Below are positions 24,407 to 64,000 of a stretch of DNA of 64,000 nt, piece after piece (position 1 is the first letter of the stretch; every line of letters begins with the position of its first letter). Position numbers and translations under genes: made by a program. Below the pieces are notes generated by a model. That model was not told the DNA's origin. It saw only the letters and a list, made by a program, of their open reading frames with translations, and made no database searches. The stretch comes from Phoronis australis (lineage: Eukaryota > Animalia > Phoronida): assembly GCA_002633005.1 (NCBI GenBank), contig NMRA01000958.1, forward strand, positions 5,162-69,161, written 5' to 3'.

Positions 24407-25257
24407 CATAGGCGGATTTAGGGGGGGCAGGGGGCCCGCCCCCCCCCCCCTTGGCTGCCGCAAAAAAATAAAACAGTAGGACTAAGAGCGTAGGGAAATT
24501 TTGAGTTTATTAATTAACCCCGGTAATTAAAATTATACGGATGAAAAAAGATTTAAATGTGTGCAGTTGTAGTGTTTGGGAGGGGGCCTCAAATCCAGTT
24601 TCAAGTGTCAAATTCTGAACACGGCGCATTCGTAACGGAACTATGGCTAAGTATAGGCTCTCCCGCGATATCCCAGGCGACCGGCAGTGACGCTGCGCAC
24701 TAAGACTCCTTTTCCGTCGTCTGCTCCACTGTGCAATGAAGAAAATTTACTTCATTTTTTAAAGAAAATGGAACCTGAGTGACGATGAAAAAACAGAAGC
24801 TGCTGGTAAGATGTGAATTTTAATCGAAGCCTTAGTGAATCACTCAGAAACTCGCAATACTCTCTAAACCTTATCTTAGGACGATTTCCAAAGCAATCCC
24901 GTCATTATTGCCAACACGAAAAACGGATTTGGTCTTTTGGGCATTTGAAGACTACTTTAAATACAACAAATATGTTAAGAATTGATGGCACAAAATATAA
25001 AACGTGTAATAAGCATTACAAAAAGAAGTAGGTTTCGCGCGCAAACGCTGTGGACCATAAACAAGTAGGTCTCTTAGTATNNNNNNNNNNNNNNNNNNNN
25101 NNNNNNNNNNNNNNNNNNNNNNNNNNNNNNNNNNNNNNNNNCCCCCCTCCCGACCTCCCCCCATTCGGTGCTATGCGCATCTACAATTGTGGTTCACTTT
25201 GCGCAAATGCTTACAAAATGTTGGCCCCCCCCTTGTGATATCCTAGATCCGCCAGTG
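24407..25257. mobile_element. Non-autonomous hAT-like element with 5-bp TSD (hAT5-like); spans an assembly gap
   Basis: TIR CATAGGCGGATTTAGG / CCTAGATCCGCCAGTG; TSD ACAAG at 24402-24406 and 25258-25262; lies in the last intron of the kinase pseudogene. Confidence 0.7.
25081..25141. other. Assembly gap (N run); single Ns also at 20968, 28598 and 61448
   Basis: Direct reading. Confidence 0.99.
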
Positions 25258-28200
25258 ACAAGAGACCCGTGTCTCAAGTTGACTAACTTGCTACAACAAA
25301 ATAACCAACCGTGACAAACTTGCTTAAGTGATCTAACTGTCCGCTAATTCTTAATCCAGAAAGCGCCCATTTTGAATAAGGAACAGAGCATTTTCATAAG
25401 AGTTGGCGGACTAATAAAAGCAATGAGTTGAGTTCCTTAGATCTAAGCTGTTTACGCTTCACTTACGGCAAGAAATCGTCGCGTTTGGGACGGTAGCAGC
25501 GAATTTTATCCCATGATTCAGCATGTCGAGCTCGAACAATCACTTTGCTTTACTTCCTTTATTGGAAGTGTAAGCGCGAGAAGCGTACGCCATTCCCGTG
25601 GTATTGCGTGATTTTGAGTTTTCGTTAGACGCTTGGGTCTACGAAGCGCACCATTTCATCCATGGCAATGCCGGAATTGTAAGTTTTAACAAGAATCCTT
25701 CTGTGATTCTTTTTGTACGCCTCATGAACGACCCTCCGACGGTCAGGTTTACATGCCTGAGTTGATCAAGTGTTCTATAGACCTAGCTAGGTTAGTAAGT
25801 CTTCAGTGTATTTGTTACAATATTAATTTCCATCTCTAGTCGTTTTACTTGTTTGGTTGATTTGAATTGAAACTAGAAAAGATTTTTCGACTTTTAATTT
25901 TTCTTTCAGAGTTTTCTGGGAATCATGTAGATTTTCAACGATCATTGATAACCGTCGAGGTAATGCAAGGACACTCAGCGTTTGTTCTTAACAAATACAC
26001 TTACCGAAATCCTTTCTTTATGGTCGCAAGACAAAAATCAATCAATTTCACCTTGTTGGTTTGACGTTTCACCATTACATTCTCGGTGTGGAAATCATTA
26101 AGCAATATATCTCTTATGTGGGCGCGATGAACTGCTTTTGCAGCTTTCAGCAATACTTTCACAATTTCTGGAATCGGCAGCGATACCTCGCCCACATTTT
26201 CACGATGGTGGTCTATTTAATCACTTGTGTAAAACCGACTATTAGTTCCATGACAAGACCAGTTATCGGTGGGGCTTCGTCGTCAACCGTTGATGCCAAA
26301 TACAAGCCGAACGGCTTAGGGGCTCATCTGTACCGAACAAGGACCCGTAGACATCGGTATTCTGTCTCAGCTGTTGAGTTCACGTCGGTTTCATGCACGT
26401 GATTTTTTACACAAGCTTTTTGCTCAATACCGGTAGCGTCATTTAAGAAAATCCCAAGGCACACTTTGCCTGAAATTCCTTCTCCCATCACGGCGTAGTC
26501 CCCGTCTCCTCTTACATATCGTATCTGTAAAGAGAAAAAATGTTGAACCGACCTAGATTTGTCAGTTTAGCTAGTTCAAGTTGGATGCGCTGGCTCAGGT
26601 TCCTCAATTTCGTCAAGGGTCCGCGCTATTACTGCTAAGCACGTATTAGGCAGGTCCATAACACCAGTTTGCACGATGCCTGGAGTGTGTTTTTAGAGAC
26701 TTCTTTTATGATTCCTCGTACCACCTGTTCATCCTAAAACTGAACTGTTTACGTGTTGTGAGAGGAGTTTGATATCCGTAAGAATATTGCAATTCAGTAT
26801 CCAGAGAATCATTTGTGTTGCTACTGTTTTTAGTTGAATCCAATTATTGCAATGTTGAGATTACCCAGATTTCTGAGATTCATAAATTAACAAAGGACAT
26901 GCAACAAAAGTTCAATTTACTTCACATTAGTGAGCAATGAAAGTTTAAAAAGTTACCTGGATACTCTCTTTGGCAGATAAGTCGTCTTTGGGTCTAGTTT
27001 TCTGAACATTTTTTATCCAATTTTCGTTCATGGTCAGCAAGAATAGACTGCGGCATGTCTGCGTCAGGTTTTACAGCTATGGGTGATCTTGCGTAATAAG
27101 GAGCCCAGTTTCTAACAGGTTTTCTGTGGGACGGCAACTGACGAAAACTCTCTTGAGCAGTCACTCTCGGATTATGCCGCGTCGGCACGCTGAAACAAGG
27201 GATATGCCTGCGTTGTTCTTTTAGCGCCGGCGGCTTGAGACGTCTTCGAAGTTTGGGTTTGTTAAACGTGCCACGTCTGTTCATGAATTCAAGCGGTCGA
27301 CGAATTATGTTTTTGACGCACGATTTGGCTTTTCGAATATATTTTAACCCAAACGCACTTCGCAATACATTGGGTCGCACGACTTTACTTGCGGCAGCTT
27401 TGGTGTCATAAATGTCCATACTGGGTAAGTCTTAGCCCTGCCCACAACGATCCATTGCGCCTGCGTTAGGAATTTTGGGACTATAGAGGCGAAGCATGAT
27501 GCTGATCTCTGTATTATTCCGTCCTTTACAGCTAATCGCTGAATGCTTATCCTTGTTTTGGTAATGCACGATATTGTTCTATACTTGATTTTTAATTTAA
27601 CACCGCGCACGTTGCAACAGAACTCGTCGTAGCATATCCCGCCTTGACGACAAACTTGGAAACTTAATTTCTGGAAAACGTAAGTACAGAACGGATCGAG
27701 CGATTTGCAAATCTCATCTCTATGGCATCGCTGAACATTTTCAACTCGCTGACAAAAAACTGTAGGAGAGAAACAGGCTTAAGCAGCTGCATGAAGTCGC
27801 ACGACAGCTCTGGGGGTTTCACGGAGATATTCGGCACTGTGACCAGCGACAGACTTAAAGGTCTAACCCTGTGCTTCCTTCTGTCTGTTATGCCGAAAGC
27901 GACATTTTTTGTAGATTTGTTCGCAAGAGCTTCTGTGGACAACTGGAATTGTTTGGAATTAGTTTGCTTTCCACTATTTTGCAGGTCAATGCACCTTATT
28001 CACACAGTAGACATTTTGAAAGTGAGCCTCTTTTTAGGTTTTAAAAACAATGCATTCCGCGCTTAATCACAGTGCAAGGTGTGACTTTTTCGCATGCCTC
28101 GTTAATATTAATGTCTCAAATGCGTTGTTTTTAACTAAAAAGAGTCCCACTTTTGAAATGGGGACTGGGTGAATGAGATCTGTAGCCCCTCAGTGTTTGA

Positions 28201-28341
28201 AAACGTCTTTCAAAGAAACACGTAGCATGACATGTCAAGAAAAGTATATTAGATACGTTTTTAGTCCTTGGGTTGACTGTAAAAATGTTGTTGTGTATTA
28301 TGTAAAACTAGATCTTTTATGTACTTTTCGCTAATTCGAAC

Positions 28342-28628
28342 CAGGGGCGGATTCAGGATTTTGAGTTAGGGGGTCAGAGCATAGCGTTAGCCAAGATTGC
28401 GCCCGTCAAACATTCGCACCTTGAACAGCCAAGTGGAACCTGGGTGTTATGTATCTTACTTTGTCAAATAAAGTAGACACTCCATGAACTACGCAGTGAA
28501 ACGAACAGAATTGAACTGAACACTGAACTGATTTATTCTACATATCATAACAATATATATACACACAACTACATAACAACATATGATGCGTTACCTANCC
28601 CCCCCCCCAAAAAAAAAAACTGCCACTG
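28342..28628. mobile_element. Short hAT5-like MITE
   Basis: CAGGGGCGG...CTGCCACTG termini, near-TSD CGAAC/TGAAC; contains an N. Confidence 0.5.
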
Positions 28629-30821
28629 TGAACGTCCTAGCAAAAACTGAACCAATTTCAACCAAATCTGAACTTGTTCAAGATTACTGACTTTCAGATG
28701 TTACGAATAAATGACGATTTTTACTACGGACTAGCCGGGACTCATTCAGGCGTCTCCAAACGTTGAGAGATTTCATTGACTTGAAAACCTCTCCCGTATT
28801 TCTGAGCAGAAAGTATTCAATTTTGTCCACAACTTGAAACTTTCTTTTGCCTAAGCACCTTGCTCTCCTCAACGCTGTTGGTGATTGATGAAATTTGACG
28901 ACGCATTATGGAGTAACGGATGATAGGTCGGCATAGGTTTCAGGGTGATTTAAAGGACTGGTCCCTCTACGCTACCCCACCCCCTCTCGTTTCAGAATGA
29001 ATGAAGTCTTTATCATTCACAAGACTATCCCTACTGCCAATTCGTTTCCAAAAGTGGTAGTCAATTTGGCAATTTGTCAAATTTCTGCCTTTGCCAGTCT
29101 CTGCTGACAATGGCACCGCTCCATAGTTCAGTTGACATAGCGAGTTCAATCACGTTTTGTATCTGGGACAGAAATCTGATTTACTCTCTATAGAATCTCA
29201 TAACTGTTTTGAAAAACATGGGTAATGTTTGGATAACGCTTCTAGAAAATTGACCGATAATCATTCTCTTGCTACTGGTGGGTTCAAAGGTAATTTTATG
29301 TTATGCAGTCTATTTTGATAAATAGCAGTTAAGAAAAAAATAGTACATTTTCATCAATACATTAAAATGAAACAATAGGTTTTACTGCCGGAAAATATAT
29401 TTTGGGGGCAAATTCTGAGGAGCATTGGCTTCATGAAGTTAACAGTAAAATCCTTCTGATTTTGTTGTAAATCACCGATTCCTTACAAAGGTTTCCAGTC
29501 AAAGTTATCTGAAACTGGGGTGGTGACTTCATCAGCTCGACATTTCGTTATTGGGCGCCGTGAAGATTGTCGAGACCTGTGTCGTGTATTGATGATCAAA
29601 GCTGGCGCGCAAAAAAACTAAGAATTAATCTCCTCAGTATGCGAGAAAAAGTAACGAAGAGTCAAAGCACATTGGAGGAATAACCTCACGAGAAAAAGCA
29701 TTGGGACGATATGAAGTGATGGATTCCCGTGCGACATGAGTTGAACATTTTTAGAAATGCCGAGATTGCTCGAGTACTGAGACAGCCGGAAGGTTTGCTT
29801 TCCAACCCTGTCTTCCAGGAATAGCCACCATTCAAGCATATCTGAGATTAATATCAAGCAAAACCTAAAATTATCTTTGAATAGCTTATAATGTTTCTGG
29901 TCTTTAACTCATTAACCCGGCGATTGAATCCGTCGCAGACTCTCAACAGTTTTCTGATGATTTCGGCCAGCCGATCGGAAACACACTGTAACTACATTGT
30001 GTATAAATTAAACAAAACAAAATTTTCCTATTTCAACATAAGCTCTTCCACAACTCTCCTCGGATACAAATGTAGATAAACTATGAAAATAAAAGTTTAT
30101 GCATTTTTCGCAAATATTGCAAGAGGGAATCAAGTCCATGGCCTATTTTTTCTCATTTGATGAATTTTTGCTTGCCTCATTTTCAAGAATCTCGTCTTCA
30201 TCGTCCACTGCTGTACTCTTCATGCACAAAAGTTGACAACAAAGACATGATAAACATGCCCGAACATTTTTAAGAAATTTTCCCATATTAATCATTCGCA
30301 AAATTATTTCAATTTTCATACAGGCAGTCATGAAAAATGGGTCACAGTGACGTTCTTTATTCTTACGTCACTTTATTGTCCGAGGTCAAATTAGTAAAGG
30401 GCATTTAATTCATACTCTAACCTTTGTTAACGCAAAGACAAGGGATTTGAACTATCAGTCCTTGTCTCTAGTGAAATCAACATAAACTAAAAAACAGTGA
30501 CTCTGTCTTGAAACATTTAATTATACCAAAAACGTTTTGTTTTGATTTAATACCGAATCGTAAAATTGTACGATTATGAATTTTTTGACGTGCGAAATAC
30601 TAGGTATATAAAATACTGGATTATAAAATAATTACCGTCTATGTACGAGGCATATGCACGTAGGCGCAACCTTACATTTAGGCATGTTTGTCTAAAACAA
30701 CCGAAAATCATATAGTATATTCTTGAGCAATTTTCTTGCAGGAAGTGTGAGTAATTTTATGTTCAAAATTGGTAATGTGTTTCATTTTCCATTTTATGTG
30801 TTTCTGCTTGGTGTCAAAGTT

Positions 30822-30977
30822 TGGGATTAAGATAATTCAATAATCTAACCATTGGGATTAAGATAATTCAATAATCTAACCATTGGGATTAAGATAATTC
30901 AATAATCTAACCATTGGGATTAAGATAATTCAATAATCTAACCATTGGGATTAAGATAATTCAATAATCTAACCATT
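30822..30977. repeat. Minisatellite, 31-bp unit, 5 copies
   Basis: ATTGGGATTAAGATAATTCAATAATCTAACC. Confidence 0.95.
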
Positions 30978-32260
30978 GATCACTAAATGTGACAATAGTC
31001 ACGAAAATAAAAAATTGTTCATGTAATGATTTGAAACACAAGATTCATTCAATATAACGATTTGGTCGGCTTGCCAGGGACGGTATAGTTCACTGATGCG
31101 TCAGCCATTGTCTCAAGGAATAATGAACGGTCCGGTTGGTTTAAAACCGCTTTAATTTGAAATTTTAGTGCTAAATGTAACCAAGTTTACGTCAGCTTTT
31201 ACAGTTTTGTAAGGAGTAATGGCTACGTTACTTTGATGTCAGTTTTACCAGGAAGAGATAACCAGGTTTTACTGAAGCCTTTCACATTCACAGTATGTGC
31301 ACTCACATAGGCTCATATGATATTTAGGTGCACAATTTGAGTCTGCCGTCAATACGCATGTACGATAGCCATAATATTCCCAATTTTCGGAACGCAAATG
31401 ATCACTAAGTTGATTTCATAGATTACCTTTGCGGAAAATTGCATGGCCAGCGTACCATTTTGTTTCATTCAGTTCGAGATAGGCCATTGTTTGTGTATTG
31501 ACCCGATTGCTACATGTATCAGAAGACTTATTCTAACACTGGTTTGGGTCAGCCAGTGCATATGTACCAACACAAGCCACCAAGACACATCCAATCTGCA
31601 CGTTTTCGCCACTTGCCAAAAAATTAAGCCCCGTTTTGATGATTTCAACCAATTCTCGTTGTCACCTGCTAATGCATCACCTACGCCATCTTTAAGCAAG
31701 ATTCACCTAAAAACTTATACTCCCTATGTCACATTGTATGTTGTGATTCCTGGTGGGTTAACTTTACACAGTTGTCTTGTTCGCTAAAAGTGTAGGCCAC
31801 GCTTGCCCGTTAGCAGAGTTCGAAAGCTTTCAAACTTTGCCCCAATCTTTTGGGGGTCGTGGAGGGTTACAGAGCATAATTTTGTTTCAGATATTTGGAT
31901 GGGTAAGTCGTTTATAATACCTTGCAATACGTATCCTTTTAAGAAGTGATTACCCCGGTAACAGTAACAGCACATCTCTATCAGCTGCAAGTCCAAGTGG
32001 AAGAAGGATGAACACAATTACTGGGAGTTGGCATGTTTTTATTGACTCAAAGATATCCAGGCGGAACTTAAAACTAGTGGTACAACTATTCTTCGGCATA
32101 TCTTTTCTTAATTTTAGGTTTATGCAATTATACATTTCAGCTAACATTGATCACATTTGAAGGTAATATACTGAAGCTTAAGCAAAGCGTATTGAGGACA
32201 ATGTCCTATTTTTCCTGCAAATCATTTCGCGGTACATAATTTTATCAGGATGAGAAGTGT

Positions 32261-60566
<28,306 letters not shown>

Positions 60567-60574
60567 GCCACGCA

Positions 60575-60610
60575 AAGCTCTTGATTGGCGGGAAAATGAG
60601 ATTCGAAAGG
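60575..60610 (-). promoter_or_regulatory. GARS1 proximal promoter: overlapping E2F-like TTTTCCCGCC and CCAAT
   Basis: Minus strand reads ..cattttcccgccaatcaag.., about 20-30 nt upstream of the first ATG at 60566. Confidence 0.45.
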
Positions 60611-61448
60611 TATAAGATATATTTTGAGCTTTGAAAAACTGAAAGAAGAACAAAGCGATGTTTTTATTATGACATACTGCCAGTATTTACCACAATAAAT
60701 GGTTTGGAATAGCACATTGTGACAAATGTTATGGTGTGCCTTCTTTCCTAACTTAAAAACCTCATGTCTTTCGATTTCACTGCTTTGCATGCTGGGATTA
60801 AAGATGTCTGCTCCCTAATGAAAATGTGTCCTTGTTTCAATCTTCAGTCATTTTAGCTACATTCCGTCATTACCAAAGACAAAGGTATTTTTAAATTAGT
60901 AATTTGTCAAATTTTGATTTTATAGTCTAGTGGGTGTTTTCTGCTGAAAGGATTGTTGGATTGCTTTGCACTAAACAAGTGCTGAACGCTACATGCCTGA
61001 TCTGAAGTGACCTCCACAGCCCAGGCACAGCAGGGCTCGACGCTATTAAAATCGCCAGGTCGCATTTTGCGACCTAGCCAGAATCCCAGGTCGCATTTCC
61101 AAAATCCAGCTCGCATCCATAAATGCCAGGTCGCAAAAATTTCTCGCCATTTTTACGCGCTAAAATTGATTTTAGATCATCGAGAAAATGTTTAGATTAT
61201 GCTCTTTCCTGCCGCGTTAATACTCAAAAATTTCAGATCCCAAAACTGACTTCGTTCATGCAGGTACGGCGTTACTGTTCTTCATGACCGCCATTGAAAG
61301 TCTCTAGAGTGCAAGTTAAGTTCCCGACGTGAAAGTTGAATTAGTGCTCTCTAACTGACCCGTGCATTCGAGCATGCTATGAACATTCCCACTAAATAAA
61401 ATTGGTTCTAACCCCGGTGTTTAAGGTAAACGGCGGGGTATGGAAAAN

Positions 61449-62810
61449 AAACGTACTCAAATCTGACACTCATACTCGAGTTGCTATGGAACTCTTTATG
61501 ATGTGAAATGCAAAATCACGCAAAGACGCGCTGAGGAATAGACCACCCCAGGAACTAGGCCTACATTATCGTCTGCTGTCGCTACAACTACAAGATTATG
61601 TCTATAACGTGGAATTCTGAGTGTTCTGTAACTGTTATTCATTTTTTAGTTTTAATAAATATTCTTATGCCATTTCTTTGTTACATTTGTCAATTATTAA
61701 GCTTTACTTCTTGAGTTCCTCACCCAGTCCCGAAAATGTCTTAAGAAATATGTAACAGCTTATCACATTACATCTCTCATCTCTGTTGCTAATTTAGTCT
61801 TGACATAAACCCATTGCTGTGTAGGCCTACGCTGATGTCAAACTTAGATACTGTATCCGACTGGGATGTATCAAGTGAGTTGACGTTTGGCACGTGAGTT
61901 AAAAAACAATACTTGTGCAGGCATTCAGAGTTCACCAGTGGCAGTGAACGGGACGAGACGTCTACTCAGAAATCGGCAAACAAAATCTGGAATTCCAAAA
62001 CCCCTAACTCCTTAATATCTACTGATTCAATACTACTCTTTACTACCTGACAGGGAAGCGAACTGTTTTTAACCTCCCTCCCCTCCTCGTCTGTCTTTTG
62101 GAAACCCTACAAAACGTAGGAACACATACCGAAATAAGGGCAGCACAAACTTCTCACACGACTTTTCCCACAACTGCTTTCGACGCTTGTTATGACTAGC
62201 CGACAAGGGATTACAATGCGCCTGTTGCCAGGAATTGTAGAGCTAGAATGGCGGCCATAACACACAGTGATACGGCGAGTTAATCAGGTGAAGAATAAGA
62301 AGATTTAAGATGAAAGCTATTATCTCTGAACTGAAATTGAAGTGCTGAGATACGGTAAGAGGACTTATTTTTTTAGATTTGCTGCGTTTCTTGGTTCCCA
62401 TTCGATATTTTGTTCTCTGGCTCGTACATGTATTTATTTTCGAGTACGGTTTCAAGCACACTGCCATAGCAAACTTGAAATTTGAGCATAGACTCCGAAT
62501 TTTTACTCAAAATCGTACTCGAAATGTAGATGAGATACACTTCAGTTCGAGTACACTCGAAAACTATGCCATAGCAAACTTGAAATTTGAGCATAGACTC
62601 CGAATTTTTACTCAAAATCGTACTCGAAATATAGATGAGATAAACTTCAGTTCGAGTACACTCGAAAACTGAGTACGTGCTCGAAATTTCGAGTACAGAT
62701 TCTTCGAGTATGAGATTGAATACACCAAAGCTGAGTCTGTACTCGAGTTGAGTATGAAGTGTGAGTTTGAGCATGATTCGAGTCTGAGTACGGAGATTGG
62801 AGACCGGGCC
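61449..62810 (+). mobile_element. Same Harbinger element, copy 2 (left end lost at the N at 61448; CAG flank)
   Basis: Near-identical to 58513-59779, with a 105-bp internal tandem duplication (62462-62671) and a short replaced segment at about 61997-62045. Confidence 0.85.
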
Positions 62811-64000
62811 CAGAAATCATGTCGTATCTGTTGCGTCTATACTATTTTTGCTGCGGAGGTTCCGATGTTGAATTTTCTTGTCTCTAATGCAGCTTAAAAG
62901 AGAATTATGCTAATTAAAATGCAAATTCAAGTGCATAAATTGGACTTGCCTTGTTCGAATGAAGTGCATTTACATTTTTTATTGCTTGGCACTTTGCCGT
63001 TCCAACATAAGTACTCAGACTCTCCGCGTTTAGCGGAGATACACTTTACATGTTACGGAGGGCTCACGAAATAAATCAGATGCATATAAGTAGGCCATTT
63101 GGAATTCACGAGAAAGGACCGCAAACTTCAAATTAGAGTAAGTTAACGTATGGATTGTGACTCTCATTGTGACTATTAAAGCAATCTATAAAGGGTTTAT
63201 TGTTATCGTGTGTAATAGCCGATTGAAGTTAACTTCTGATATTTAAAAATATAAAGGAAAACGAAGTTCCGTCCAAAATACGAACCACAATAGTGATTTT
63301 CAAAGATCCATGGGCTACACTGCTTGAACACAAAACTGCTCACGCAAAGAATCAAAGCTTGGTTAGTCAAGAAAGTAGACGGACTTTTGTAAAGCGTAAC
63401 CGGTCGAAATGACGTATTTTGGAACGAAACACTAAAGCGATTTTATTGAGATCTTTGTTTTTACAAGTGTAGACTATTTTAAAGATAATTCCAAGACAAA
63501 AAGTGTGTTTGGCTGCGGTCCGTGACTTTCCGAAAGACGATTGGGGGCGAAGCATGTCATACTAAGTTATACATTTCTTCAAAAAACTCCACTCCCACTA
63601 GTGCAGAGATCTGATGACACGGGTGCGTGCATGAGAGTGAGTCAACTACGGCCAATCGCGAGATCGAATTGCGGCTGACTTGGCAAGACCTTGCTTGCAT
63701 CAGCTTTTGCGGCGATTTCGAAGTTCAAGACCTGGCTGCCATGCAAGCGCATTTTTCTTTATGCAATGAGGCGCAGGGAACAAAATGGGTCGCCTGGCTA
63801 CAGACTTCTGAGAACCAAAGTACGCTTTTTCGTCTTGCGGAGATGCTACATGTATGTTGTAACTCATATCGTATCATACTCTTTGGTTGCAGTGACTAAA
63901 AAAGTGGGAAGGTCTGTAGAACTGCCACAATCGGTTGACGTTACCTTGTCTGTTTTGAGTTAATGAAGTTTACCAGAAAAATACTGCAAAACTACGGTAC

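Larger units (their letters stand above)
24039..27942 (-). pseudogene. Protein kinase pseudogene with introns
   Basis: Exon 26005-26524 reads MGEGISGKV (Gly loop), ACVK, LVME, LLNDFHTENVMV (catalytic loop) and LIDFC, with internal TGA/TAG stops and a frameshift. Exon 24039-24301 reads CEHLAP-(4-nt insertion)-EVRDG..TDVYLFG..C..DTKSRP (subdomains VIII-XI). An upstream basic exon ends at the donor at 26957 and is broken into ORFs 26994-27419, 27344-27610 and 27664-27942. Splice phases match. Confidence 0.8.

Noticed and set aside
28630-31800. Short minus-strand ORFs suggesting a further degraded gene
   Set aside because: No recognisable domain or consistent exon chain could be built by eye.

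Overview
AT-rich, repeat-dense animal genomic DNA; it resembles a marine invertebrate such as an echinoderm, but the species cannot be determined from the sequence. Two intact multi-exon housekeeping genes lie on the minus strand. HACL1 (peroxisomal 2-hydroxyacyl-CoA lyase, C-terminal -SKL) has 15 phase-checked exons at 5716-18115 plus a probable short first exon at 19881-19898. GARS1 (glycyl-tRNA synthetase, 16 exons, 732 aa, 32261-60566) has two in-frame ATGs (mitochondrial and cytosolic forms) and a U12-type AT-AC minor intron at 41139-42701. An intron-containing protein-kinase pseudogene lies between them. The rest is mobile DNA: Kolobok-like elements joined end to end through shared TTAA, a Penelope GIY-YIG palindrome, Sola3- and Sola2-like elements, Harbinger and hAT5-like MITEs, solo LTRs, and Helentron-associated (HINE) elements whose tandem units carry co-oriented CTCF-like motifs. 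A recurring oddity is that several minisatellites start exactly at, and copy, exon-intron junctions. Most ORFs in the supplied track are spurious. All calls come from reading the sequence by eye; no database search was run.
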